Positions 5,937 to 13,445 of a stretch of 24,000 nt of DNA are shown piece by piece. Source of the stretch: Phycisphaerae bacterium (GTDB lineage Bacteria > Planctomycetota > Phycisphaerae > UBA1845 > UTPLA1); assembly GCA_046753965.1 (NCBI GenBank), contig JBHHUY010000010.1:1-24000 (forward strand), written 5' to 3'. The position numbers and the translations under genes were made by a program. Positions within the stretch are counted from its first letter, which is position 1. Every line of letters begins with the position of its first letter. Under the pieces are notes generated by a model, which worked only from the letters and a program-made list of their open reading frames with translations, searched no databases and was not told where the DNA came from.

Positions 5937-7538
5937 ATGACCGCAAGAACCGAGTCCGAGATCGACGCATTCGTCGCACCATCGGCCGACGGTGAACTCC
6001 TCGTCTGGCCGCGGACTCCGGGCCTGCGGGAGGCGGCAGAAGCCAACCGCCGACAACTGAGGAAAGGCGGCCTCCGTCTCCTCGACCGGCCCATCGAAGC
6101 CCTCTCGCCGAATCGGGCGGAGACGCGGCTGGTCTTCATGACCGGCCACCAGCCCGAGTTCTTCCATCCCGGTGTGTGGGCCAAGAACGTGGCCGCCGTG
6201 ATCCTCGCCGGCGCGACCGGCGGCGAAGCCCGCTTCCTCGTCGTCGACAGCGACGTCCCGCATCAAGTCGCACTGCGATGGCCGGATTGCGCCGCCCCTT
6301 ACTGCCAGGTCCGGACGGCGGCGGCCTCGCCGCGGGCGGAATGGCGTTCGTATGAGTTCATCAACGGCGAGACCGAGTATGCCGCGATGTTCGCGGCCCT
6401 CCCTCAGGCCTTCAGAAGTTCCCCGGACCGGCCTTTCCGCGCCTTCATGGGGGCCTTCCTCGGAGATGCGTCGGACGAGGAGCCTTCCGACCAGCCGATG
6501 CGATATGTCGAACGCTGGACACGCGGGATCGAGGCAGCCGAGGCCGCGATGGGCGCTCGCGCCCCTGCGCCTGAACGAATCAGCACGATCTTCGGCACCG
6601 GCCGATGCAGCGGCGCTCCGGCCGCCGCCACCTTCGCCGGCCACCTCATCCTGGAGGCCGATGCCATCTCGAACGCCTACAACACAGCGTTAGGCGAGTA
6701 TCGACGAAGGCGGCGCATTCGCGGCCGACAACACCCGATCCCCGACCTTCAGCGCTTGGGGGACCGGCTCGAAATGCCGTTCTGGTTGGTGCATCCCGAC
6801 CGGCCACGCGAGCGTCTGGCCGTTTCGGGCGTCCAATCGGGGGAGCGCCGGCTCTGGGCGGGACAGCGAGCGTTGGGTTCGGTCTCTCCGGCGGCGTTGC
6901 GGCGCGACCCTGCCGCGGCCCTATCACAAGCCCTCTGCGGCTGGCGAATCAGGCCTCGCGCCCTTGCGCAGACCATGTACGCCCGGCTGCTTGCCTGTGA
7001 CCTCTTCATCCACGGCATCGGCGGTGCGAAGTACGACCAGATCACCGACGGCATCATCCGGCGGTTCTTCGGCGTCGAGCCGCCGGCCTACGCCTGCGTC
7101 TCGGCGACCCTTCGGCTGGCGCTTCGGTCCTACGACATCACGGAGGCCGACCTGGCGAACCTCCGTCACGGGGCTCGCGATCTTCGCTATAACCCGCAGC
7201 GATACGTCGTCGATGGAGAACCGGCTTCCGAGGTTCAGGCTGTCCTGCACGAACGCCGACGGGCCATCGAGGCGTCCGACCGGCTGCGAGCCGAGAGGCC
7301 GAGAGACCGCGCGGCGCGGCGAGCGGCCTTCGAGCGCATTCATCGCGCGAACGCCGCGTTGCTCAGGGCGTCGCCGGGAGTTGTCGAAGCGGCGGCCCGG
7401 AGGCTCCGCGAGGCCGCGGCGAAACTCGAGAACGATCGAGTCGCTCGATCTCGCGAATGGTTCTTCGCGCTGTATCCGAAGACCGCCTTGGAGCGGCTCC
7501 GCGAGGCGATCCGGGCCGCCTTGCGGTCCAACCTGTGA
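5937..7538 (+). CDS. Conserved-looking protein of unknown function, distant BshC-like (putative Rossmann-fold ligase with a helical C-terminal domain)
   Basis: 533 aa. Three motifs resemble my recollection of BshC motifs: FMTGHQPEFFHPGVWAKN (aa 67-84) versus GGQQAGLLTGPLYTIHK; FLVVDSDVPH (aa 100-109) versus FWVAGEDHD; IRPRALAQ...IHGIGGAKYDQ (aa 338-368) versus LRP..Q....GGPGE..Y. The C-terminal ~100 aa is Arg/Ala-rich and helical, like the BshC coiled coil. The assignment was made by eye and needs an HMM search. Confidence 0.4.
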   Translation: MTARTESEIDAFVAPSADGELLVWPRTPGLREAAEANRRQLRKGGLRLLDRPIEALSPNRAETRLVFMTGHQPEFFHPGVWAKNVAAVILAGATGGEARFLVVDSDVPHQVALRWPDCAAPYCQVRTAAASPRAEWRSYEFINGETEYAAMFAALPQAFRSSPDRPFRAFMGAFLGDASDEEPSDQPMRYVERWTRGIEAAEAAMGARAPAPERISTIFGTGRCSGAPAAATFAGHLILEADAISNAYNTALGEYRRRRRIRGRQHPIPDLQRLGDRLEMPFWLVHPDRPRERLAVSGVQSGERRLWAGQRALGSVSPAALRRDPAAALSQALCGWRIRPRALAQTMYARLLACDLFIHGIGGAKYDQITDGIIRRFFGVEPPAYACVSATLRLALRSYDITEADLANLRHGARDLRYNPQRYVVDGEPASEVQAVLHERRRAIEASDRLRAERPRDRAARRAAFERIHRANAALLRASPGVVEAAARRLREAAAKLENDRVARSREWFFALYPKTALERLREAIRAALRSNL

Positions 7539-7551
7539 CGGAAGGCACGCC

Positions 7552-8463
7552 GTGGCCGACCCGCGTCCCGCTCATACCCCCGTCTTGCCCGAGCAGGTGG
7601 TCGCCTGCTTCTCGACCGATGGGTCGCGCACTGTGGTGGATTGCACGGTCGGCCTGGGGGGCCACGCCGAACTGCTTCTGGAGGCCTGCCCGGACCTGCG
7701 GATCATCGGCCTTGATGTGGATGATGAGAATCTGGCTGCGGCCGCGCGTCGTCTGGAAGCCCACGCGGACCGGGTCAAACTCGTCCACGCGAGCTTCGCG
7801 GGGCTGGAACAGGTGCTCGCCGAAGGAGACCACGGCCCCGTAGCCGGGATTCTGGCGGACCTCGGGGTCAGCAGCAACCAGATCAGCGACGCCCGTCGCG
7901 GCCTCAGCTTCGACATCGACGGGCCGCTCGACATGCGGCTGGATCGGCGGCTCAAGACGACCGCCGCCGATCTGGTCAACGGGCTCTCCGAGGGCGAGCT
8001 GTCCGATCTGCTCTACTTTCAGAGCCAGGAACGGCACAGCCGCAGAATCGCCAAACGGATTTGTCAAGTCCGGCGGCAGGGCCGGATCAGCAGCACCGTG
8101 CAGCTCGCGCGAATCGTGGCGTCGGCCGTCGGAGAACACCCGGACTCCCATCGGCGGCGAATCCACCCCGCGACCCGGACGTTCATGGCCCTGCGAATGT
8201 CGATCAATCAGGAACCGGCCGCGCTGCGGGAACTGCTCCGGATCGCCCCGGCAATCCTCGCCGAAGGCGGCCGAATCGCGGTCATCAGCTTCCACAGCGT
8301 CGAGGACCGAATCGTAAAAGATGACTTTCGGGCCCGATCTCGTGAAGGGATCTACCGGATTCTGACGAAAAAACCTATGGTTGCGAATGACGCGGAACGG
8401 GCGGCCAATCCGCGCAGCCGATCGGCGAAACTGAGGATCGCCGAGCGCCGGGCGACGAGATGA
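7552..8463 (+). CDS. rsmH: 16S rRNA (cytosine1402-N4)-methyltransferase RsmH (MraW)
   Basis: HTPVLPEQVV, DCTVGLGGHAELLL, ADLGVSSNQISD..RGLSF and SFHSVEDRIVKDDF are the canonical RsmH motifs. I placed the start at GTG 7552, preceded by GGAAGG at 7540-7545. The longer track ORF from 6964 overlaps the upstream gene in another frame. Confidence 0.9.
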   Translation: MADPRPAHTPVLPEQVVACFSTDGSRTVVDCTVGLGGHAELLLEACPDLRIIGLDVDDENLAAAARRLEAHADRVKLVHASFAGLEQVLAEGDHGPVAGILADLGVSSNQISDARRGLSFDIDGPLDMRLDRRLKTTAADLVNGLSEGELSDLLYFQSQERHSRRIAKRICQVRRQGRISSTVQLARIVASAVGEHPDSHRRRIHPATRTFMALRMSINQEPAALRELLRIAPAILAEGGRIAVISFHSVEDRIVKDDFRARSREGIYRILTKKPMVANDAERAANPRSRSAKLRIAERRATR

Positions 8464-8578
8464 AACCGTCGCGCGCGGTCGGCTTCCGGCCCCGGCGACA
8501 GGGATCGGCGGCGTCCGGTCGTCTTGCGTTTCTGGAAGGACCGGCTAAAATCACAACCCGGCACAGGGAGGTGCTTCA

Positions 8579-9745
8579 GTGACCAGGGAAACCAAAATCG
8601 GTCTGTTGGTGGGCCTCGCGTTCATCATCCTCTTCGCCATCATCCTCTCCGAAAAAGGCGATACTCGCGGAACCCAGCCCCCTTCCGGCTTGACGGTGGT
8701 GGATGCCAATCGATCGACCGGAGGGCCCCTATCAAACAACCAGGAACCGCTCTCTCGCGCGGGTCGCCTGCCGGTCAAGCCGGCCGCTCCCCAGCCAACC
8801 CAGATGGCCCGACACGACGCCGACGTCCCGACGATGTTGGAGGAGCCGGTCGGGAAGCCCATCCCGGCCGAGGACGAGGCCATCATGCCGTTGCCCGAGG
8901 CGGTCCGAAACCGGCTTAACATGCCGATGATCGAGACCGAGGTGGCCGTCAATCAGCCCGGCACCGAGGCGGGCGGATCGATGTCCTTGACGCAGGCGCT
9001 GACTTCGGCGCTGGAGGGAGCCGGTTCGGCGTCCTCTGATGCCGCCGTGGACGACACCGGCATGGCCGAGCCGATCACGCCTGACATGACCCAGGCGAGC
9101 ATGCTCGAGGCGCCCCCCGCCAAGGCCCCTCAAGCCGCGCCGCCGAAGTCCATGAAAACCATCGCAATTCACACCGTCCGGCCCCGCGAGAGCCTGAGCA
9201 AGATCGCCGCCCGGTACTACGGCCGGTCCACGCCGGCACGGGTTGCTGCGATCTTCAACGCCAATCGCGACCGCCTTAAGTCGATCGGGACGATTCGCGT
9301 GGGGCAGGAACTGAATATCCCACAACTGGATGAACTCCAGGGGATCGCTTTTCAGCCGGTGACCCATTTCGCGCCTTCGGAGCTTCCGCGTTCGCGATCA
9401 ACGCACCGCGAGATGTCCGTCCGGATTCCGGTGCCGCTTGACGCGCAGGCGGCACCCACCGCCCCGCCGATCGCGTCTGCCAAACGGGCGGAGCAGGCAC
9501 ACCCGGCTTCGCGGGCGTTCAGGTGGTATCAGGTCAGAGAGAAAGACACACTCAGCCGGATCGCGAAACGCGAATTGGGAGATGAGAAGCGCTTCCTCGA
9601 AATCTACCGGATGAACCAGGACATCATCCGCAACAAGCATCGGATCAAGCCGGGGATGAAGATCCGCCTGCCGGTCCGCACGGTGACGCGGGCGGGATCG
9701 GATGCCGCGTTGTCCGGCCTGGTTCCGTCGGCGATCGGGCCGTAG
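8579..9745 (+). CDS. Bitopic membrane protein with two C-terminal LysM peptidoglycan-binding domains
   Basis: GTG start at 8579 preceded by AGGGAGG (8565-8571). N-terminal helix IGLLVGLAFIILFAIIL. A long Pro/Ala/Gln/Glu-rich low-complexity linker follows. LysM 1: HTVRPRESLSKIAARYYG...IRVGQELNIP. LysM 2: YQVREKDTLSRIAKRELGD...IKPGMKIRLP. Confidence 0.8.
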   Translation: MTRETKIGLLVGLAFIILFAIILSEKGDTRGTQPPSGLTVVDANRSTGGPLSNNQEPLSRAGRLPVKPAAPQPTQMARHDADVPTMLEEPVGKPIPAEDEAIMPLPEAVRNRLNMPMIETEVAVNQPGTEAGGSMSLTQALTSALEGAGSASSDAAVDDTGMAEPITPDMTQASMLEAPPAKAPQAAPPKSMKTIAIHTVRPRESLSKIAARYYGRSTPARVAAIFNANRDRLKSIGTIRVGQELNIPQLDELQGIAFQPVTHFAPSELPRSRSTHREMSVRIPVPLDAQAAPTAPPIASAKRAEQAHPASRAFRWYQVREKDTLSRIAKRELGDEKRFLEIYRMNQDIIRNKHRIKPGMKIRLPVRTVTRAGSDAALSGLVPSAIGP

Positions 9746-9754
9746 GAGACGGCC

Positions 9755-10030
9755 ATGACCGTGCCGCGCGCGCTCCTGGTTCTGTTCATGCTGGTGATTA
9801 TCGGTGTGGCGATTGTGGCGATTCGCCAAGAATCGGCAAGAACGGCGAATCGCATCCAAACCCTCCACCGCCGGAAGATCACCCTCGAACAGACGCTTTG
9901 GACGAAGGAACTCGAACTGGCGAAGCTACGGGGCCCCGAGGCGATTCGCCGGCGGGCCGCAGAGCTGGGCTCGAACGTCGTTTCGCCGGGCGTGCCTCCG
10001 AGTTCCGATCGGCGTCGGAGCGGTTCCTAG
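9755..10030 (+). CDS. ftsL: FtsL-like cell division protein (short bitopic coiled-coil protein)
   Basis: 91 aa, ATG preceded by AGGAG. One TM helix (ALLVLFMLVIIGVAIVAI) is followed by a heptad-like helix and the tail PEAIRRRAAELG, typical of FtsL. It occupies the canonical position immediately upstream of ftsI. Confidence 0.6.
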   Translation: MTVPRALLVLFMLVIIGVAIVAIRQESARTANRIQTLHRRKITLEQTLWTKELELAKLRGPEAIRRRAAELGSNVVSPGVPPSSDRRRSGS

Positions 10031-10064
10031 AGGCACCCCGCTGCCTTGGACGGCGAACGAAGGA

Positions 10065-11825
10065 ATGGATGCCTTGCGGTCGCGCTTCTCACAACTCACC
10101 GGGCATTGGCTGATCGGGACCGTTCTCGCGGTCCTGCTGCTCCTCGTCGGGCGGCTCGTCTACATCAACACTTACAACCGCCCCGTGTTGCTGTCCCGCG
10201 CTCAGAAGCAGCACCGCTCGGATGTGCCGATCAAGGCGCGGCGAGGTCTGATCGTGGATCGCGTCGGCCGGATCCTCTCGGGGACGATGCTGCGGAAGAG
10301 CGTCTTTGCCGATCCGCAGGTCCTGCCCGACAAGCGACATGCGGCCGAGACGGTCGCCCGCGTCCTCGATCTGGATTTCGGGGAGATCGCACCCGACCTG
10401 CTCGCCGCAGGGGACCGTCGCTTCTTCGTCATTCGGCGCGGGGTCACCGAGGAACAGGCGCGTCGGATCAGCGCGGAGGGGATCTACGGCCTCGGCGTCT
10501 TCAGCGAACCCTATCGAACCTACCCGATGCACACCCTGGCCGCGGCCCTGATCGGCTTTGTCGCGCCGGACGGGCGCGGCATCAGCGGGCTTGAGCACCA
10601 GTGCGATGCCTGGCTCCGCGGAGAGAACGGCGTCAAGACGATCATCCGCGATGCGGGCCGCAAAGCCTTCTGGCTCGCCGATCGAGGCTATCGCCCCGCT
10701 CGCGATGGGTTCCACGTCGTCCTGACGATCGATGCCGAAATCCAGGCGACGGTCGAACGCTCACTCTCCGCCGCTGTGGCACGTTTCCGGGCCGCCGGCG
10801 GCGTCGCCGTCGTGATGGACCCGGTCACCGGTGCCGTCCTCGCCATGGCCAATGTCCCCGGCTTCGATCCAAACGACTACACGGATTCCAGCAGCGAGCG
10901 ATATCGCAACCGAACGATCACCGATCCTTTCGAGCCGGGCAGCACTTTCAAACCGTTCATCGCGGCCGGGGCGCTTGCCGAAGGCGTCGTGCGCTACGGA
11001 GAGGTGTTCGATTGCGAACGCGGCGTCTGGCGCGACGGATCACGAACCCTGCGAGACCACCATCCGTATGATTTCCTGACGTTTGAAGAGATCATCATTC
11101 GCTCCAGCAACATCGGGATGGGCAAGCTCGGCAAGCGGCTGGGCAACGCGCTGATCTACAAATATGTCAAGGCGTTCGGATTCGGCGAGAAGACGGGGAT
11201 CGACCTGGAGGCCGAAGATCCGGGCATCCTCCGGCCGCTGCCGCGCTGGAACGACTTCTCGACCACCAGTATTCCGATGGGACAGGAGATCGCCGTCACG
11301 CCGCTGCAACTGACCAGGGCGTTCTGCGTCTTCGCCAACGGCGGAAGACTCGTTCGGCCCTACGTGATCCGCGCCGTGATGGATGCCGAGGGCCGTGTGG
11401 TCAGCGACCTGACGCCGCCGCCGGCAGCCGGACAGGCCCTGCCGGCCGATCTTGTCAACGAGATGAAGGACAGGATTCTTTGCGAAGTGGTGAATCAATC
11501 CCACAGCGGCTCGGCGAAGCTGGCCGACTACCAGGTGTTCGGCAAGACCGGGACGGCCCAGATCGCCCGCAAAGGGGGCGGCGGCTACGAGCCGAACGCC
11601 TATGTCAGTTCGTTTGTCGGCGGCGCACCCGCGCACGCGCCCAGACTGGTCGCGTTCGTTGCCGTTCGCAGACCGGACAAATCGGTCGGCTACTACGGTG
11701 CGACCGTGGCGGCGCCGGTTGTGCGGGAAATCCTGGGCGAAAGTCTGGCCTACCTCCAGGTTCCCCCGGACCGCATGGCGCCCCGCGAATGGACGGCGTC
11801 GGCGGGCGACGCCGCCGAGGACTAG
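10065..11825 (+). CDS. ftsI: Class B penicillin-binding protein, peptidoglycan D,D-transpeptidase FtsI (PBP3)
   Basis: TM helix WLIGTVLAVLLLLVG. Dimerisation-domain motif ARRGLIVDRVGRIL. Transpeptidase motifs STFKP (SxxK), SSN (SxN) and KTGT. I placed the start at ATG 10065 (MDALRSRF); the track ORF start at 9804 overlaps ftsL. Confidence 0.9.
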   Translation: MDALRSRFSQLTGHWLIGTVLAVLLLLVGRLVYINTYNRPVLLSRAQKQHRSDVPIKARRGLIVDRVGRILSGTMLRKSVFADPQVLPDKRHAAETVARVLDLDFGEIAPDLLAAGDRRFFVIRRGVTEEQARRISAEGIYGLGVFSEPYRTYPMHTLAAALIGFVAPDGRGISGLEHQCDAWLRGENGVKTIIRDAGRKAFWLADRGYRPARDGFHVVLTIDAEIQATVERSLSAAVARFRAAGGVAVVMDPVTGAVLAMANVPGFDPNDYTDSSSERYRNRTITDPFEPGSTFKPFIAAGALAEGVVRYGEVFDCERGVWRDGSRTLRDHHPYDFLTFEEIIIRSSNIGMGKLGKRLGNALIYKYVKAFGFGEKTGIDLEAEDPGILRPLPRWNDFSTTSIPMGQEIAVTPLQLTRAFCVFANGGRLVRPYVIRAVMDAEGRVVSDLTPPPAAGQALPADLVNEMKDRILCEVVNQSHSGSAKLADYQVFGKTGTAQIARKGGGGYEPNAYVSSFVGGAPAHAPRLVAFVAVRRPDKSVGYYGATVAAPVVREILGESLAYLQVPPDRMAPREWTASAGDAAED

Positions 11826-11914
11826 GAACTCGGCGCTCCGCACAGCGAGGCAAGAGACAGCGCTTGAGACGTTCGGCGGACCGGATCGCCGATCGGCGTT
11901 ACAATGCCGCCGCC

Positions 11915-13444
11915 ATGGACAGGAGCACTCCGGCAGGGACCGCTGACACGACGATCCGAACCGCAGTCCGTTTACCGGATCTGGTGCGCCGGGCATTGGG
12001 GGCCAAACTCCCACCGACGGGTGACGCGCCGGTCCAGATCACCAACATCTGTTGTGACTCGCGTGAGGCCCGCCCCGGAGCCCTCTTCGTCGCGGTACCG
12101 GGCACCCACGCGGACGGCGCGGGCTTCGCCGCTGACGCGATTCGGCGCGGCGCCGCGGCTGTCGTCGCGGACCGACCGCTCGCTCTGCCCGTCGGGGTTC
12201 CCATCATCAGGGTCGCCAACGCGAGAGCCGCCGTCTCCCCGTTGGCGGCGACCTTCTTCGGGCTCGACCGGATTCAGGCCGGCGGCGAAATGGCCACGGT
12301 GGGCATCACCGGCACGAACGGCAAGAGCACGGTCGCTTACATGCTCCGTGCGATCCTCTGCCGGGCCGATCGGCGGGCGGCGCTGCTGGGCACGATCGAA
12401 TACGATCTCATCCGCCGAAAGCTGCCCGCCACACTGACGACGCCCGATCCGATCACCCTGGTCCGCCACCTGGTCGAAGCCCACGAGGCCGGCGCGTCGC
12501 ACGCCGTTCTGGAGGTGTCGTCGCACAGCCTCGACCAGCGCCGCACCGCCGGCATCGTCTTTTCGGCCGCCGTGTTGACGAACCTGACGCAGGACCACAT
12601 GGATTACCACGCCACCGCCGAGGCCTACCTGCGAGCCAAACGCCGCCTGTTCGACGACCTGCCAAGAGACGCCGTTGCCGTCGTTAACGCCGATGACCCG
12701 GCGAGCGGCCGCATCCTGGAGCGATGTCAGGCGCCGACCCTCCGATACGGGCTGCGTGAACCCGCAGAGGTTCGCGGCCGGGTACTCTCGGAAACCAAAG
12801 CCGGGGGACAACTCCTGATCGAGCATGGCGGCCGAGCGACCGAAGTGCGAACCGCCCTGGTCGGCCGACACAACCTGTCAAATGCCCTGGCGGCGGCGGC
12901 GGCGGCGATTGCCATCGGGCTCGAGCTCGACGCCGTCCGAGCAGGCTTGGCCGATCTGCGGCATGTGCCGGGCCGGCTCCAGCCGGTGGAAACACACGCA
13001 CTGGGCTTTGATGTCTTCGTCGATTACGCCCACACCGACGACGCACTGAGAAATGTGCTTCGGGCCTTGCGACCACTCACACCCGGCAAGTTGTGGTGCG
13101 TGTTCGGATGCGGCGGTGATCGCGACCGATCGAAACGCCCGCTCATGGCGCAGGCGGTGGCGGAAGGCGCTGACGCGTTTGTCGTCACGAGCGACAATCC
13201 ACGGACGGAAGACCCGTTGGCCATCATCGCCGAGATCGAGCGGGGCTTGACCGCGTCGCAGCGCCGGCGCGGTGAGACGGTGCCTGATCGGCGTGAGGCC
13301 ATCCGCCGTGCTGTTGAACATCTCGCGCCGGGTGATACGCTTCTGATCGCCGGCAAGGGACACGAGACGTACCAGATTCTTGGCGAAACGCGGATTCACT
13401 TCGACGACTTGGAGACTGCGTCGGAAGCGGTCGGGCAGAGATAG
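11915..13444 (+). CDS. murE: UDP-N-acetylmuramoyl-L-alanyl-D-glutamate--2,6-diaminopimelate ligase MurE
   Basis: P-loop GITGTNGKST and the Mur ligase central and C-terminal domains. The DNPR motif (VTSDNPRTEDP) is characteristic of meso-DAP-adding MurE. Start at ATG 11915 (MDRSTPAG). Confidence 0.9.
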   Translation: MDRSTPAGTADTTIRTAVRLPDLVRRALGAKLPPTGDAPVQITNICCDSREARPGALFVAVPGTHADGAGFAADAIRRGAAAVVADRPLALPVGVPIIRVANARAAVSPLAATFFGLDRIQAGGEMATVGITGTNGKSTVAYMLRAILCRADRRAALLGTIEYDLIRRKLPATLTTPDPITLVRHLVEAHEAGASHAVLEVSSHSLDQRRTAGIVFSAAVLTNLTQDHMDYHATAEAYLRAKRRLFDDLPRDAVAVVNADDPASGRILERCQAPTLRYGLREPAEVRGRVLSETKAGGQLLIEHGGRATEVRTALVGRHNLSNALAAAAAAIAIGLELDAVRAGLADLRHVPGRLQPVETHALGFDVFVDYAHTDDALRNVLRALRPLTPGKLWCVFGCGGDRDRSKRPLMAQAVAEGADAFVVTSDNPRTEDPLAIIAEIERGLTASQRRRGETVPDRREAIRRAVEHLAPGDTLLIAGKGHETYQILGETRIHFDDLETASEAVGQR

Positions 13445-13445
13445 C

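Noticed and set aside
6964-7551. Long 5' extensions of true genes in the ORF track: rsmH from 6964, ftsI from 9804, murE from 11480, murF from 13380, the flavoprotein from 2445, LAB_N from 4268 and GH13 from 20362.
   Set aside because: The extensions overlap the preceding gene in another frame and translate to Arg-rich junk. Conserved N-termini, internal ATG/GTG codons with Shine-Dalgarno-like sequences and normal family lengths support the shorter starts I report.
11887-11898. Perfect 12-bp palindrome CGCCGATCGGCG 17 nt upstream of murE. Other short palindromes: CGATCGATCG 4960-4969, TGACGCGTCA 3713-3722 and GGATGCATCC near 1108-1117.
   Set aside because: Palindromes of 10-12 bp built from CG/GATC units are expected several times by chance in GC-rich sequence. 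There is no second half-site pattern, no conservation evidence and no associated regulator gene. The TACAAT at 11900-11905 has no usable -35 element.
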